Position numbers and translations under genes: made by a program
In this document: positions 24,446 through 34,635 of the stretch, piece by piece
Numbering within the stretch: position 1 is the stretch's first letter
Layout of the letters: every line of letters starts with the position of its first letter
From: a virus
IMG/VR virus record: IMGVR_UViG_3300027749_000058
Coordinates: 46,936-110,935 of that record
DNA: 64,000 bases
Direction: 5' to 3' (one strand)
Notes under the pieces: model-generated
Told to the model about the DNA's origin: nothing
The model's input: only the letters and a program-made list of their open reading frames with translations
Database searches by the model: none

Positions 24446-25681
24446 ATGTCAGATTTAAAAGCAATAGGAAGTGAAAAACTTACAGGCCAAAATAAATTAA
24501 ATAGAATAATGGAAATTGCTCGTTTTAATGAAGTAATTCCATCTAAAGTTAATGAAACTTCAAATTCAGAATATAGTATTTCTCTTGCAGATGGTTATAA
24601 ATATGAAATCGTAAAAGAAAGACAAGGATATATAATTAAAAAAAATATTAATGAATCTGAAGCTGATTATATTGAACCAATGAAAAATAGAAAATATTAT
24701 TCTTCATATTCACAAGCTCTAAAAAGATTAAATTTATTAACTAAAGAAGTTAATAGGATTAATGAAAATGAAGAAGGTATTTCTTTATTTGGTGAACAAA
24801 AAAAGTTTACTTTAAAATTACCAAAACCAGCTCCATCTCCTGAAGTTGCAGCTGCTCCACCAGCAGAACCTCCAGCGGTTCCATCACCAGAATTACCTCC
24901 ATCACCTGATATGGGTACGGGTGCTGATATGGGAGGTGAAGATGTAAATGTTGATATGAATACTGATATGGGAGGTGAAGATGTAAATGTTGATATGAAT
25001 GATGATATGAGTGCTAATACAGGATCAGGAGACTCCGAAGAACACGTAACATTTAAAACAATTCAAAAACTTACAGGTAAATTAACACAAAAAATTAGAA
25101 CATTAGATAATGAAGAAGGAATGACTTCTGAAAATATCAAATATGTTATCAATATGGTTTTATCATCTTTAGAATTAAAGACTTTATCTGAAGAAGATAA
25201 AGAAGATATCATATCTAAATTTGATGAAGATTCTGAAGATTTAGGTGGAGATGATATGGGAGGCAAAGATATGACCGATGATTCTGAAGTTGAAGATATT
25301 CAAACAGATATGGACGTTCCTATTGAAGGAGGTGACGGTTCTGAAATGACAGAATATGGTAACGGAGCAATAATGGATAGTATCTTCAAAGAATCTAAAG
25401 TCGATAAAGTAATTTCAAAATATTTTGAAGTAACAAAACAAGAAATAAGAGAATCTGCAAATAAAAAAGCTCAAAAACAAATTAAAATTAACTCTGACGT
25501 TAAAAAGAAAATGAATTCAGTTATTAAATTAACAGAAACAATTGAGCAAGAATTAGCAGCTAAGAAATTTTTAGAGAAAAATTCTAACTATAACTTTATT
25601 GGACTTACCAATAAGAAAAATTTAGTTTTTGAAAATAATGGTAAACAAAAAAGAATTTCGATAGAAGGAAATGTTATATGA
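24446..25681 (+). CDS. acidic, Pro-rich putative head/core protein
   Basis: In the operon leading to terminase; low-complexity linkers. Confidence 0.65.
   Translation: MSDLKAIGSEKLTGQNKLNRIMEIARFNEVIPSKVNETSNSEYSISLADGYKYEIVKERQGYIIKKNINESEADYIEPMKNRKYYSSYSQALKRLNLLTKEVNRINENEEGISLFGEQKKFTLKLPKPAPSPEVAAAPPAEPPAVPSPELPPSPDMGTGADMGGEDVNVDMNTDMGGEDVNVDMNDDMSANTGSGDSEEHVTFKTIQKLTGKLTQKIRTLDNEEGMTSENIKYVINMVLSSLELKTLSEEDKEDIISKFDEDSEDLGGDDMGGKDMTDDSEVEDIQTDMDVPIEGGDGSEMTEYGNGAIMDSIFKESKVDKVISKYFEVTKQEIRESANKKAQKQIKINSDVKKKMNSVIKLTETIEQELAAKKFLEKNSNYNFIGLTNKKNLVFENNGKQKRISIEGNVI
24924..25000 (+). repeat. 39-bp-period tandem duplication in CDS (DMGGEDVNVDMN x2)
   Basis: CTGATATGGGAGGTGAAGATGTAAATGTTGATATGAAT at 24924 and 24963. 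Confidence 0.9.
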
Positions 25682-26073
25682 GTAATTTAATCTACGTAAA
25701 CGGTTTAGGACCTAATTATAAAGGAGATAATCTTTACGAGTTTATTTTTTCTGATAAAACTGATGTGTGGGGGGAATTTTGGGAAAGTAAACCATCTAAT
25801 GGTTATCCAACTCCACCTGAATTAAAATATATTAAGAAGGTAGGAGTTTTGAGAAATACTGATATAAAATTGGAATTGATTCAAAACTCCGATTTTTTTT
25901 GTATGGTAGATGCAATAGATGATGTTGTTGCATTAGCATGGGAAACAGAAGAATCTGAAGGACAAAAAAGAATGGTGTTTAGATTTGGAGAAACAGAACA
26001 AAAAATAAAAGACAAACTCTACGAAAGAGATTTGATTCTAGAATTTGAAAAGAAATTTGTGTATGAAAACTAA
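25678..26073 (+). CDS. hypothetical protein
   Basis: ATGA overlap with the upstream gene. Confidence 0.7.
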   Translation: MSNLIYVNGLGPNYKGDNLYEFIFSDKTDVWGEFWESKPSNGYPTPPELKYIKKVGVLRNTDIKLELIQNSDFFCMVDAIDDVVALAWETEESEGQKRMVFRFGETEQKIKDKLYERDLILEFEKKFVYEN

Positions 26074-27103
26074 TATAAAAGCCCTTGAACTAATTGAAAA
26101 AGGAATGACAGCTAAAACTGTTTCTAAATTAACTGAATCTCAAGTTAATATTTTACATTCAAAATTACTTGGTGAACAAGGATCTCCGTCAGGAAAAGGT
26201 GTTACAACTATAAGTAGTAAAAACCCACAAGCATCTCAAATTGCAAAAAACTTGAATTCACAAGGTGTTAATGTTTCAATGACTGAAATTGAGGAAGATG
26301 AAACTGATGACTTAACTGACTCTGATGCATTAGCATCTGATGTATTACAAAATGTTACAGGTCAAGACACTCCTCATGATAATAATGATGAGGCTCCTGA
26401 TGGAATGGATGATGACTCAGATGATAATAGAAAGATGATGGGTATGGCTGAAGCCAACGATAAAGAAAACAAACCAAATCCTTGGGCGATATGCCATACA
26501 CAAGTTGGTCCTAAAAAATCAAGAAAGTGGGAAAGATGTGTAAGAGAAGTAAAAAAACAATTGGGAGAAGGAAAAAATCCCGTATCTTTATTTTTAGAAA
26601 ATGAAATTATGAAAATTGTTGAAAGAAATATATTACCAAGAATTACTAAGGGAGATTTAATTAAACATCTTAATGAGGGAGAAAATTTTGCAACAAAACA
26701 TATTCAATCGTTTGGAACAAAATCATCTCCAAAAAATAAAAAAGAAGTTGATGAATCAGAACCTGCGGTATCACCAACAAAACCAAAAACAAAACCGACA
26801 ACTGATCCTGGTACAAAACCAAAAAAACCTTCACATCCAGGAAAAAATCCTAATCCAGGTGAAAATCCCTCACCGAAAGCTAAAGTAAAGAAAGAAGTTG
26901 ATGAACAAAATCCATCACCAGCTCCTACAACAAAACCAGCTCCTACAAAGCCAGGTACTAAAAACCCTACAAAACCAAGACCAAGTCATCCTGGAAAAAA
27001 TCCTAACCCTGGTGAAAATCCTTCACCAAAGGCTAAGAAAATTTCACCTGAAAATGCAAAAAATGAGGTAATTGATGTTATTATTAAAATGTTAGAAAAA
27101 TAA
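26063..27103 (+). CDS. hypothetical protein with a duplicated Pro/Lys-rich module
   Basis: KKEVDE...PSHPGKNPNPGENPSPKAK occurs twice; NPWAIC motif. Confidence 0.65.
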   Translation: MKTNIKALELIEKGMTAKTVSKLTESQVNILHSKLLGEQGSPSGKGVTTISSKNPQASQIAKNLNSQGVNVSMTEIEEDETDDLTDSDALASDVLQNVTGQDTPHDNNDEAPDGMDDDSDDNRKMMGMAEANDKENKPNPWAICHTQVGPKKSRKWERCVREVKKQLGEGKNPVSLFLENEIMKIVERNILPRITKGDLIKHLNEGENFATKHIQSFGTKSSPKNKKEVDESEPAVSPTKPKTKPTTDPGTKPKKPSHPGKNPNPGENPSPKAKVKKEVDEQNPSPAPTTKPAPTKPGTKNPTKPRPSHPGKNPNPGENPSPKAKKISPENAKNEVIDVIIKMLEK

Positions 27104-27108
27104 ATAAA

Positions 27109-28431
27109 ATGGCAAAGAAATTAAAAGAACAAGTAGAATACGGTAATAGACCTGAAAGAATGGATCCTAATTTAGAAAGAAAATTAGGAGACCCTGAAGG
27201 TTTATATGCAAAGAATCCTGCAATGAAAAAAGGGTCTCAAGATGTTCAAAGATTGGTAAGCCAAAGATTTGGTAAAGTTGCCGATAAACTTAAAGAAGTT
27301 ACGGGTAATAGAAATATTAGTTCTCAACAAGTTCAAGGAATGATTTATCAAGAAATGATGAGGAAACTTCCAAATATTATGAGAATTGAAAGCGCTCATA
27401 AAGAAGAACTTGAACAATTGGCTATTGATGCATCTTTAGAAGAAGGTGAAGTACCTGAAGGATGGTATCAGATTGATGCTAAATTGGGTATGCCGGATAC
27501 TTCTAATTTTAGGTTTAATCCTGAAGAACCAGAAGATGACGAGGAAGAAGATGATGAAGAAGGTGAAGAAAAACTTCAAATACCTTCATTTGATGTTGAA
27601 GATTTGACAGATGAAGAACAATTAGAATTAGAAAAACATAAAAGAAATATTATAAATGCGATTATTCAAGGAGCAGCAAAAAAAGGACATTACCTTTTCC
27701 AAAAGCCCGATGTAAAAGCAAGATTAGATGCTATTGACCCTTCTCTTTACAGAGATTATTTAGGAATTATGGCAATCAATGATTTCATGTATTTTACAAT
27801 GGAACAAATGATTGAAATGATGAGTGAAACAGGTCAAGGTGTTGCTGGTAAAGTAGAATTAGGTGATTCAGACGATGAAGGAGAAGAAGGTGGAGAAGGT
27901 GGAGAAGAAACACCTGACACAAAAATTACAGCTACAGGAATGATTTTCCCAATATTATGTCACGAAATAATTAAAGGATTAGAAGAGGCAAAAGGAAGAC
28001 ACGGTCTTCCAACAGATTCTGAAATGAGACAAAAAGTTCAAGGACAAGTTGATACTTTAGCTAACGAACCAATGCAATTAAGAATAGGCCCTGAAATTGT
28101 AGAAAAACTTAGACACGCTCTACCAGACGCAATGTTTGACGAATCAAACAAAGGTCTAATAAACTGGTTCCATATCTTGTTATACCAAATACCAGCCCAA
28201 GAATTCTTGGAAATTATAGGAAACGCCATCTCTCAAGATGAATCTAAAGTAAGAAAGGCTACTTCAAAATTTGAAGAAATTATGAAAGAAGCTCAAAATA
28301 TGAAAGGTGAATTTGAGGATTATAAAGAAGAAAATGATATCGATTCTGATGATTCTGACGAAAATGACGAAGATGATGAAGACGGATTAGATGATTTCTT
28401 AGGTAGTTTGGGGATATCAAGACCCAAATAA
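27109..28431 (+). CDS. hypothetical protein upstream of terminase
   Basis: 440 aa; KRNIINAIIQGAAKKG and HEIIKG motifs. Confidence 0.7.
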   Translation: MAKKLKEQVEYGNRPERMDPNLERKLGDPEGLYAKNPAMKKGSQDVQRLVSQRFGKVADKLKEVTGNRNISSQQVQGMIYQEMMRKLPNIMRIESAHKEELEQLAIDASLEEGEVPEGWYQIDAKLGMPDTSNFRFNPEEPEDDEEEDDEEGEEKLQIPSFDVEDLTDEEQLELEKHKRNIINAIIQGAAKKGHYLFQKPDVKARLDAIDPSLYRDYLGIMAINDFMYFTMEQMIEMMSETGQGVAGKVELGDSDDEGEEGGEGGEETPDTKITATGMIFPILCHEIIKGLEEAKGRHGLPTDSEMRQKVQGQVDTLANEPMQLRIGPEIVEKLRHALPDAMFDESNKGLINWFHILLYQIPAQEFLEIIGNAISQDESKVRKATSKFEEIMKEAQNMKGEFEDYKEENDIDSDDSDENDEDDEDGLDDFLGSLGISRPK

Positions 28432-28437
28432 TAATAT

Positions 28438-30198
28438 GTGACTAAAGAACAATTAATTATAGAAGTTACGAAGTGTATGAGGAACACTCCTTATGCACTT
28501 CGTACTTATTTACAGACATTCGATAATACCGTATCCAAATACGTTCCATTAGATTTATTTCCAGACCAAATTACCTTAATCGAAGATTACGATAATTACA
28601 ATGAAAATGTTGCTCTGAAATACAGACAGGCAGGAGTTTCTACAGTTACTGCCGCATGGGCATCAAAAAAACTTGCATTCGCAAAAAAAAGTAAGCCAGA
28701 AAAGATTCTGATTATTGCCAACAAATTGGATACTGCCGTGGAAATGGCAAACAAGGTTAGAGGATTTACCGAACAATGGCCAGCATGGGTTGGAATTGGA
28801 TTCTCCCAAGAAAAAAATTCACAAAGACATTTCAAACTTAATAATGATTGCGAAGTTAAAGCCGTTGCAACTTCAAAGGATGCCCTTCGTGGATATACCC
28901 CAACCATATTGATATTTGATGAGGCAGCCTACATTGAAGCAGATAGTGATTTCTGGTCTGCCTGTATGGCCTCACTATCTACGGGTGGTAAGGTTATTGT
29001 TGTATCCACACCAAATGGATATGATCCAATCTATTATGAAATTTATGACCAATCATTACGAGGAATGAATGATTTCAAAATCTCTGAAATGTATTGGTAT
29101 AAAGACCCAAGGTATACAAAAGATTTGTATATGGTTAAAACCCCTGATTTAGTTCATTTTTTATTAAACAGAGAAGATTACCCTAAAGATAGTATTGTTA
29201 GTTTACATAATGAAAATCCGTATGAAAGAGACTTACAAATTGTTAAAGACTATATAGACCAAGGGTATAAACCATGTTCAACTTGGTTTGAAGGGATGGT
29301 TAAAAAGTTAAAGTTTGATAGAAGAAGAGTGGCACAAGAGTTGGAATGTAACTTTTTAGGATCAGGAGATAACGTATTCGATTCTGATTTAATGCAAAAC
29401 ATTTCTAAAAATCAATTAAGAGACCCTCAAGCCAAAATGATGGGTGGAAATCTTTGGATATTTAAAGAACCTGAAAACGGACATAAATACGTCATGGGTG
29501 TGGACGTATCAAGAGGGGATTCTGAGGACTTTACTTCAATTCAGATAATTGACTTCGACACGAGAGAACAAGTCCTTGAATATGTCGGAAAAGTACCTCC
29601 AGACGTAACCGCAGAGATTGCTTATAAGTGGGGAACAATGTATAATGCGTATTGTGTTGTAGATTTGACAGGAGGAATGGGAGTTGCAACGGCAAGAAAA
29701 ATGCAAGAATTACAATATGCTGGTGGAATGTATGTTGACAATGTTGATACAAGTAATAAGTGGAAATATGATCCAAAATTAAATGAAAAAATTCCTGGTA
29801 TAAATTTTAATAATAAAAGGGTTCAAATTATTGCTTCTCTTGAAGAAGCCGTTAGACATGAATTTAAAGTTTATTCACATAGGTTATATAATGAAATGAA
29901 TACCTTCATTTATGTAAATGGAAGACCTGACCATCAAAAGGGTCATCATGATGACTGTATTATGGCAATATCTATGGCAATTTATGTTGCAGAAAAATCT
30001 TTCCAATCTCTTACAAAGGTAGTTAATCATACCAAGGCTATGCTAAATTCTTGGTCTACAGTAGTTACTGAAAACAAAAACTCTTCAGAATTTTTCAATC
30101 CAATGGTTCCACAAATGGGACGAGATAGTAGACAATATAATTCTGGTCCTACAAAAAAAGACTACGAAACATATGGATGGTTATTTGGGGTTAAATAA
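28438..30198 (+). CDS. terminase large subunit (T4 gp17-like)
   Basis: KYRQAGVST, LIFDEAA, STPNG, QELEC, GVDVSRG, HDDCIMA. Confidence 0.95.
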   Translation: MTKEQLIIEVTKCMRNTPYALRTYLQTFDNTVSKYVPLDLFPDQITLIEDYDNYNENVALKYRQAGVSTVTAAWASKKLAFAKKSKPEKILIIANKLDTAVEMANKVRGFTEQWPAWVGIGFSQEKNSQRHFKLNNDCEVKAVATSKDALRGYTPTILIFDEAAYIEADSDFWSACMASLSTGGKVIVVSTPNGYDPIYYEIYDQSLRGMNDFKISEMYWYKDPRYTKDLYMVKTPDLVHFLLNREDYPKDSIVSLHNENPYERDLQIVKDYIDQGYKPCSTWFEGMVKKLKFDRRRVAQELECNFLGSGDNVFDSDLMQNISKNQLRDPQAKMMGGNLWIFKEPENGHKYVMGVDVSRGDSEDFTSIQIIDFDTREQVLEYVGKVPPDVTAEIAYKWGTMYNAYCVVDLTGGMGVATARKMQELQYAGGMYVDNVDTSNKWKYDPKLNEKIPGINFNNKRVQIIASLEEAVRHEFKVYSHRLYNEMNTFIYVNGRPDHQKGHHDDCIMAISMAIYVAEKSFQSLTKVVNHTKAMLNSWSTVVTENKNSSEFFNPMVPQMGRDSRQYNSGPTKKDYETYGWLFGVK

Positions 30199-30236
30199 CT
30201 ATTTATATTATTAAAGTAACAACTTAAAATTATATT

Positions 30237-32063
30237 ATGAGTGATCAAAATCTAACCGTTTGGCAACGTTTGTCCAAAACTTTTGGCCCAAATTCTTTGC
30301 TGAATCAAGATTATCCAACTTTTAAGTTTGATAAAAAAGAATTATTACGTACACCTAATCGTGATGAATACGAAAAAGAAAAATTACAAGCACAACAAAC
30401 TTTTTATTTATCATCCCAATGGGCTAAAGTTGAGAATAATATGTATTCTCAAGCAATGTATTATGAACCGACAAGGCTTTCCGCACAATATGATTATGAA
30501 TCAATGGAATATACTCCTGAGATTTCAGCAGCATTAGATATCTATGCCGAAGAATCAACAACAACAAATGAAGATGGATTTATTTTACAAATTTATTCTG
30601 AATCAAAACGTATCAAATCTGTATTAGCCGATTTATTTAATAACTCTTTGGATATCAATACTAACTTACCAATGTGGACAAGAAACACTTGTAAGTATGG
30701 TGATAATTTTGTTTATTTAAAACTTGACCCTGAAAAAGGTATTGTTGGGGTTCAACAACTTCCGACAATTGAAATTGAAAGACATGAAGCGGGAGCAAGT
30801 GCAAAAATAACTGTTAACGTTGAAAAACCAGAAAAACCAAAGGCATTAGAATTTACTTGGAAAAATAAAAATATGACTTTTCAATCATGGGAAATTGCTC
30901 ACTTTAGATTATTAGGTGATGATAGAAAACTTCCGTATGGTACTTCTATGTTAGAAAAAGCAAGAAGAATTTGGAAACAATTATTATTGTCTGAAGATGC
31001 AATGTTAATTTATCGTACATCAAGAGCTCCCGAAAGAAGAATGTTTAAAGTATTCGTGGGAAATATGAACGATGATGATGTTGAAGCATATGTTCAACGT
31101 GTTGCCAACAAATTCAAAAGAGAACAAATTGTTGACCAAAAAACAGGTAATGTGGATATGAGGTTCAACCAAATGGCTGTTGACCAAGATTATTTTATTC
31201 CTGTAAGAGATCCAGCGGCTCCAGATCCAATTACAACCCTACCAGGTGCAACTAACTTATCTGAAATTGCTGATATTGAATATATTCAAAAGAAATTATT
31301 AACAGCTCTTCGTGTTCCAAAAGCATTCTTAGGATTTGAAGAAGTTGTTGGAGATGGTAAAAATTTATCTTTACAAGATATTAGATTTGCTCGTACAATT
31401 AACAGGATTCAAAAAAGTATGTTGCAAGAATTAAATAAAATTGCAATTGTACATTTATTTTTATTGGGATTTGAAGACGAACTTTCAAATTTTACATTAG
31501 GACTTAGCAATCCATCTACACAAGCCGATTTATTAAAGATTGATGTATGGAAAGAAAAAGTTTTACTTTATAAAGATCTTGTTGCAGATCCAGGAAATGG
31601 TATTCAAGCCACTTCATCAACATGGGCCAAAAAACATATTTTTGGATGGTCTGATGATGAAATTAGATTGGATTTACAACAACAAAGAATTGAAAGAGCC
31701 GTAGGAGAAGAACTTAAAGCAACTCCAACAGTTATTACTAAAACAGGAATATTTGATAACATAGACAAATTATATGGTTCATCTTCAGGAGGAACTGCAC
31801 CATCAACTTCTACAGCAACTGAGCCACCACCACCAAGTGGAAATTTAGGTGGAGGTGATTTAGGATTACCACCGCCACCAGAAGGAGGAACTGAAGCACC
31901 TCCACCTGCTGAAGGTGCGGTAACACCAGAATCAAGGATGGACAGTCTCAATATTTTAGTTGAAAATAACTTAATTGAGGGTACACAATTCTTAGATTTA
32001 GGTCAAGGTCAAGATTCTTTAGGAGAAATTTCAAAAGAATTGGATAAGTTATTAAATTCATAA
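30237..32063 (+). CDS. portal protein (T4 gp20-like)
   Basis: PEISAALDIYAEE, EDAMLIYRTSRAPERR, DYFIP, ITTLPG, ALRVP. Confidence 0.95.
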   Translation: MSDQNLTVWQRLSKTFGPNSLLNQDYPTFKFDKKELLRTPNRDEYEKEKLQAQQTFYLSSQWAKVENNMYSQAMYYEPTRLSAQYDYESMEYTPEISAALDIYAEESTTTNEDGFILQIYSESKRIKSVLADLFNNSLDINTNLPMWTRNTCKYGDNFVYLKLDPEKGIVGVQQLPTIEIERHEAGASAKITVNVEKPEKPKALEFTWKNKNMTFQSWEIAHFRLLGDDRKLPYGTSMLEKARRIWKQLLLSEDAMLIYRTSRAPERRMFKVFVGNMNDDDVEAYVQRVANKFKREQIVDQKTGNVDMRFNQMAVDQDYFIPVRDPAAPDPITTLPGATNLSEIADIEYIQKKLLTALRVPKAFLGFEEVVGDGKNLSLQDIRFARTINRIQKSMLQELNKIAIVHLFLLGFEDELSNFTLGLSNPSTQADLLKIDVWKEKVLLYKDLVADPGNGIQATSSTWAKKHIFGWSDDEIRLDLQQQRIERAVGEELKATPTVITKTGIFDNIDKLYGSSSGGTAPSTSTATEPPPPSGNLGGGDLGLPPPPEGGTEAPPPAEGAVTPESRMDSLNILVENNLIEGTQFLDLGQGQDSLGEISKELDKLLNS

Positions 32064-32086
32064 TATTTATATCAAAACTATCACTA

Positions 32087-32782
32087 ATGACTTTCGGACA
32101 AGTAAAATCCATAATTGAAACAAGTTTAATTGAATCCTACAAGAATGAGTCGGATTTCAAAAAATCTTTAAGAGAATTCAAACATAATGTATTGAGTAAT
32201 AAAACTATGTCAAAGGTATACTCATTATATGACCAGTTAACTACTCCACAGGGGTTATCTGAATCTGATGCCAAAGATTTTTTAGAAGAAGGTATTAATG
32301 TTATCCAAAAATTATTAAAGGATATTAAATTACCTAAAACAGTTTCCGAATCAAGAAATGAATATTCTGACATTGATACATTAGTTTATATTAATAAAAT
32401 TAATTTATTGGAGAGAGTAACTTCAAAGAAAAAAATTATTAATATTTTAACTTCAGAAAAAAAGACGTTAAAAGAAACAATTAATATTCCAATTAAATCA
32501 ATGGTTAGTATTGCTAATCAAACTCTTAGAAGTTATATTGAAAATTTGAGTGAGAATGATAAAAAAGAATTTTTACAATTAATTTCTGAAGATACTAAAA
32601 CTTTAGAAACTAAATTTGAAACACTTCGAGAAAGTACTATAGTTAAATTAAATTCTATTTTAGAAAAAGAAGAAGAATTTGAAATAAAAACAAAAATTTC
32701 TGAAACAATTGATAGAATCAAAAATGAAAAATTTGATCAATTAAACTTCTTAAAATTAAAAAATTTAGAAAACTCTATTTAA
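32087..32782 (+). CDS. hypothetical head-module protein
   Basis: Between portal and protease. Confidence 0.7.
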   Translation: MTFGQVKSIIETSLIESYKNESDFKKSLREFKHNVLSNKTMSKVYSLYDQLTTPQGLSESDAKDFLEEGINVIQKLLKDIKLPKTVSESRNEYSDIDTLVYINKINLLERVTSKKKIINILTSEKKTLKETINIPIKSMVSIANQTLRSYIENLSENDKKEFLQLISEDTKTLETKFETLRESTIVKLNSILEKEEEFEIKTKISETIDRIKNEKFDQLNFLKLKNLENSI

Positions 32783-32959
32783 TTTTTTACTTTGAATATA
32801 TTTCGCTTTTAAAATTTCGGTTCTTCTTAGAACCGATTTCTTTTTATACTCTTTCCTCTCAAATAAAATTTGATTCTGTTTTGTTTTAATTATTTTAGAC
32901 TTTAATTTTTTAAGAGATTTCTCAATGTTTTCATTATTTTTTATTTCAACTATTATCAT
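32765..32959 (-). CDS. rpsU: ribosomal protein bS21
   Basis: MIIVEIKNNENIEKSLKKLK..ERKEYKKKSVLRR..KAKYIQ. Confidence 0.88.
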   Translation of the reverse strand: MIIVEIKNNENIEKSLKKLKSKIIKTKQNQILFERKEYKKKSVLRRTEILKAKYIQSKKLNRVF

Positions 32960-33052
32960 ATATTAAAAATATCTCATTTTTTATAAAAATTTGATTGTGG
33001 AGAATATATTTGTTATTTTTTAACAAATAAACGTATAATAATATGAAAATTA

Positions 33053-33487
33053 ATGAAAAAGGGTAAAAGTGTAAAAATAAATCTGTATTATCCAATTAAG
33101 TCCACTTATGGAACTGTGGATTCGAAAAATTTAAAATCAGTCTACATAAACATCCAATCATGGGTTACACCAAAATTTGAACAAGATAATTGGAACCGAA
33201 TTGTAGGAAATTTAAATAGAGAGATAAAACATTCAGTTTTTAATTCAATCCCATTATCAATCTTTAAAGAAAAAAGTATTGTTGATTTAGATTTACGAAC
33301 AAGCGGGATATCACATGGAAAAAAATCATTTTTTAATTTAGAAGTTAATTTATATACAACAATTGAAGTTGATTTTAAATCTCAAGAAATTAAAGAATCA
33401 ATAAAAAAGATTATTAAAAATATATTCAATAATAACATAAATGAAAACAAATATTTTGAGTTTTCAATATCAAAAAAAATAAACTAA
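33053..33487 (+). CDS. hypothetical protein
   Basis: 144-aa ORF. Confidence 0.7.
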   Translation: MKKGKSVKINLYYPIKSTYGTVDSKNLKSVYINIQSWVTPKFEQDNWNRIVGNLNREIKHSVFNSIPLSIFKEKSIVDLDLRTSGISHGKKSFFNLEVNLYTTIEVDFKSQEIKESIKKIIKNIFNNNINENKYFEFSISKKIN

Positions 33488-33530
33488 TCAATAAACTATT
33501 TATTATTAGATATTTATTTTAAAACCCTTG

Positions 33531-34247
33531 ATGAAAAATCTTAGAATATTAGAAGCGAACGAACTTGGTCATGGTATCCTAGTTGAAATGGATGCTGGTT
33601 ATGTCTCACCAAAAGACAAACATAATTCCAAATTTTTAAAAGAATCTGCAAATTTAGATTATAGAAATCCATTTGAATTTTATGCTGTTCTTCAAAAATT
33701 TGACACACCAAATAGAAATGGTAGATTTTATCCTGAAAGAATCCTTAAAAGAGAATCTGAAAATTATAAAAAAACTATTGCTAAAGGTTTATCGACCTCA
33801 GAACTAAATCATCCAGAATCTTCTCTTATTGATTTAGATAGAGTATCTCACATCATAACAGATATATGGTGGGATAAAAATATATTAATGGGTAAGTTAA
33901 AACTATTAACTTCACCAGGATTTCATGAAACTGGAGTAGTATCTACAAAAGGGGATATTGCTGCAAATTTAATGAGACAAGGTGTTACTTTAGGTATATC
34001 ATCTCGTGGAGTTGGATCACTTAAAAAAGTTGGAGAAAGAAATGAAGTACAAGATGATTTTGAATTAATTTGTTTTGACTTGGTATCATCTCCATCAACT
34101 CCAGGAGCTTACTTATTTTCAAACCCTGAAGATAGAAATAAATACGAAGAAAATTTAGATGAAGAAAAAAATCGTAAAGAACCAAATCAATTTGTTGATA
34201 AGTCTGTTGACTTAATGAAAAAATTAAACGATTTTTTAGGCAAATAA
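33531..34247 (+). CDS. prohead core protease (T4 gp21-like)
   Basis: PNRNGRFYP, ELNHP, VSH, GISSRGVGS, DLVSSPSTPGA. Confidence 0.94.
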   Translation: MKNLRILEANELGHGILVEMDAGYVSPKDKHNSKFLKESANLDYRNPFEFYAVLQKFDTPNRNGRFYPERILKRESENYKKTIAKGLSTSELNHPESSLIDLDRVSHIITDIWWDKNILMGKLKLLTSPGFHETGVVSTKGDIAANLMRQGVTLGISSRGVGSLKKVGERNEVQDDFELICFDLVSSPSTPGAYLFSNPEDRNKYEENLDEEKNRKEPNQFVDKSVDLMKKLNDFLGK

Positions 34248-34253
34248 ATAAAT

Positions 34254-34463
34254 ATGGAAGAAAAATATTTTGTAGCAAAAATTCAGTATGACTTACCTGA
34301 TGAAAACTCAGGAAAAATTAAAAAAATTAGAGAAGAAAAACTTGTTAAAGGTTATTCTGTTACCGATGTTGAAGCAAAGGTCACTAAAAAGTATGAAGGA
34401 TTTACCCATGATTGGAGAATAACTTCAGTATCTGAAAGTAAAATTGATGAAGTAATTGAGTAA
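34254..34463 (+). CDS. DUF4494-like protein
   Basis: YFVAKIQY..GKIKKIREEKLV..SVTDVEAKV..ESKIDEV. Confidence 0.65.
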   Translation: MEEKYFVAKIQYDLPDENSGKIKKIREEKLVKGYSVTDVEAKVTKKYEGFTHDWRITSVSESKIDEVIE

Positions 34464-34480
34464 AATCAATCAATTAACAA

Positions 34481-34508
34481 AAAAAGTGGTCTATGACCAC
34501 TTTTTTTG
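34481..34508 (+). terminator. intrinsic terminator
   Basis: AAAAAAGTGGTC-TAT-GACCACTTTTTTT. Confidence 0.8.
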
Positions 34509-34635
34509 TTTTATGGAAATATTTATTATAAATAAATAATTTACGTGTCTTATTGTAAAATAAGTTGCTTTGTTATCGTATAACATAAACTTTTTTCAAG
34601 TTGGCACTATTTATAAGTTAAATAAATAATTTTTC

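Noticed and set aside
28615-28647. Terminase Walker A reads RQAGVST without the usual GK
   Set aside because: All other motifs are intact and an upstream Lys is present; deviant Walker A motifs are known in terminases, so not a pseudogene
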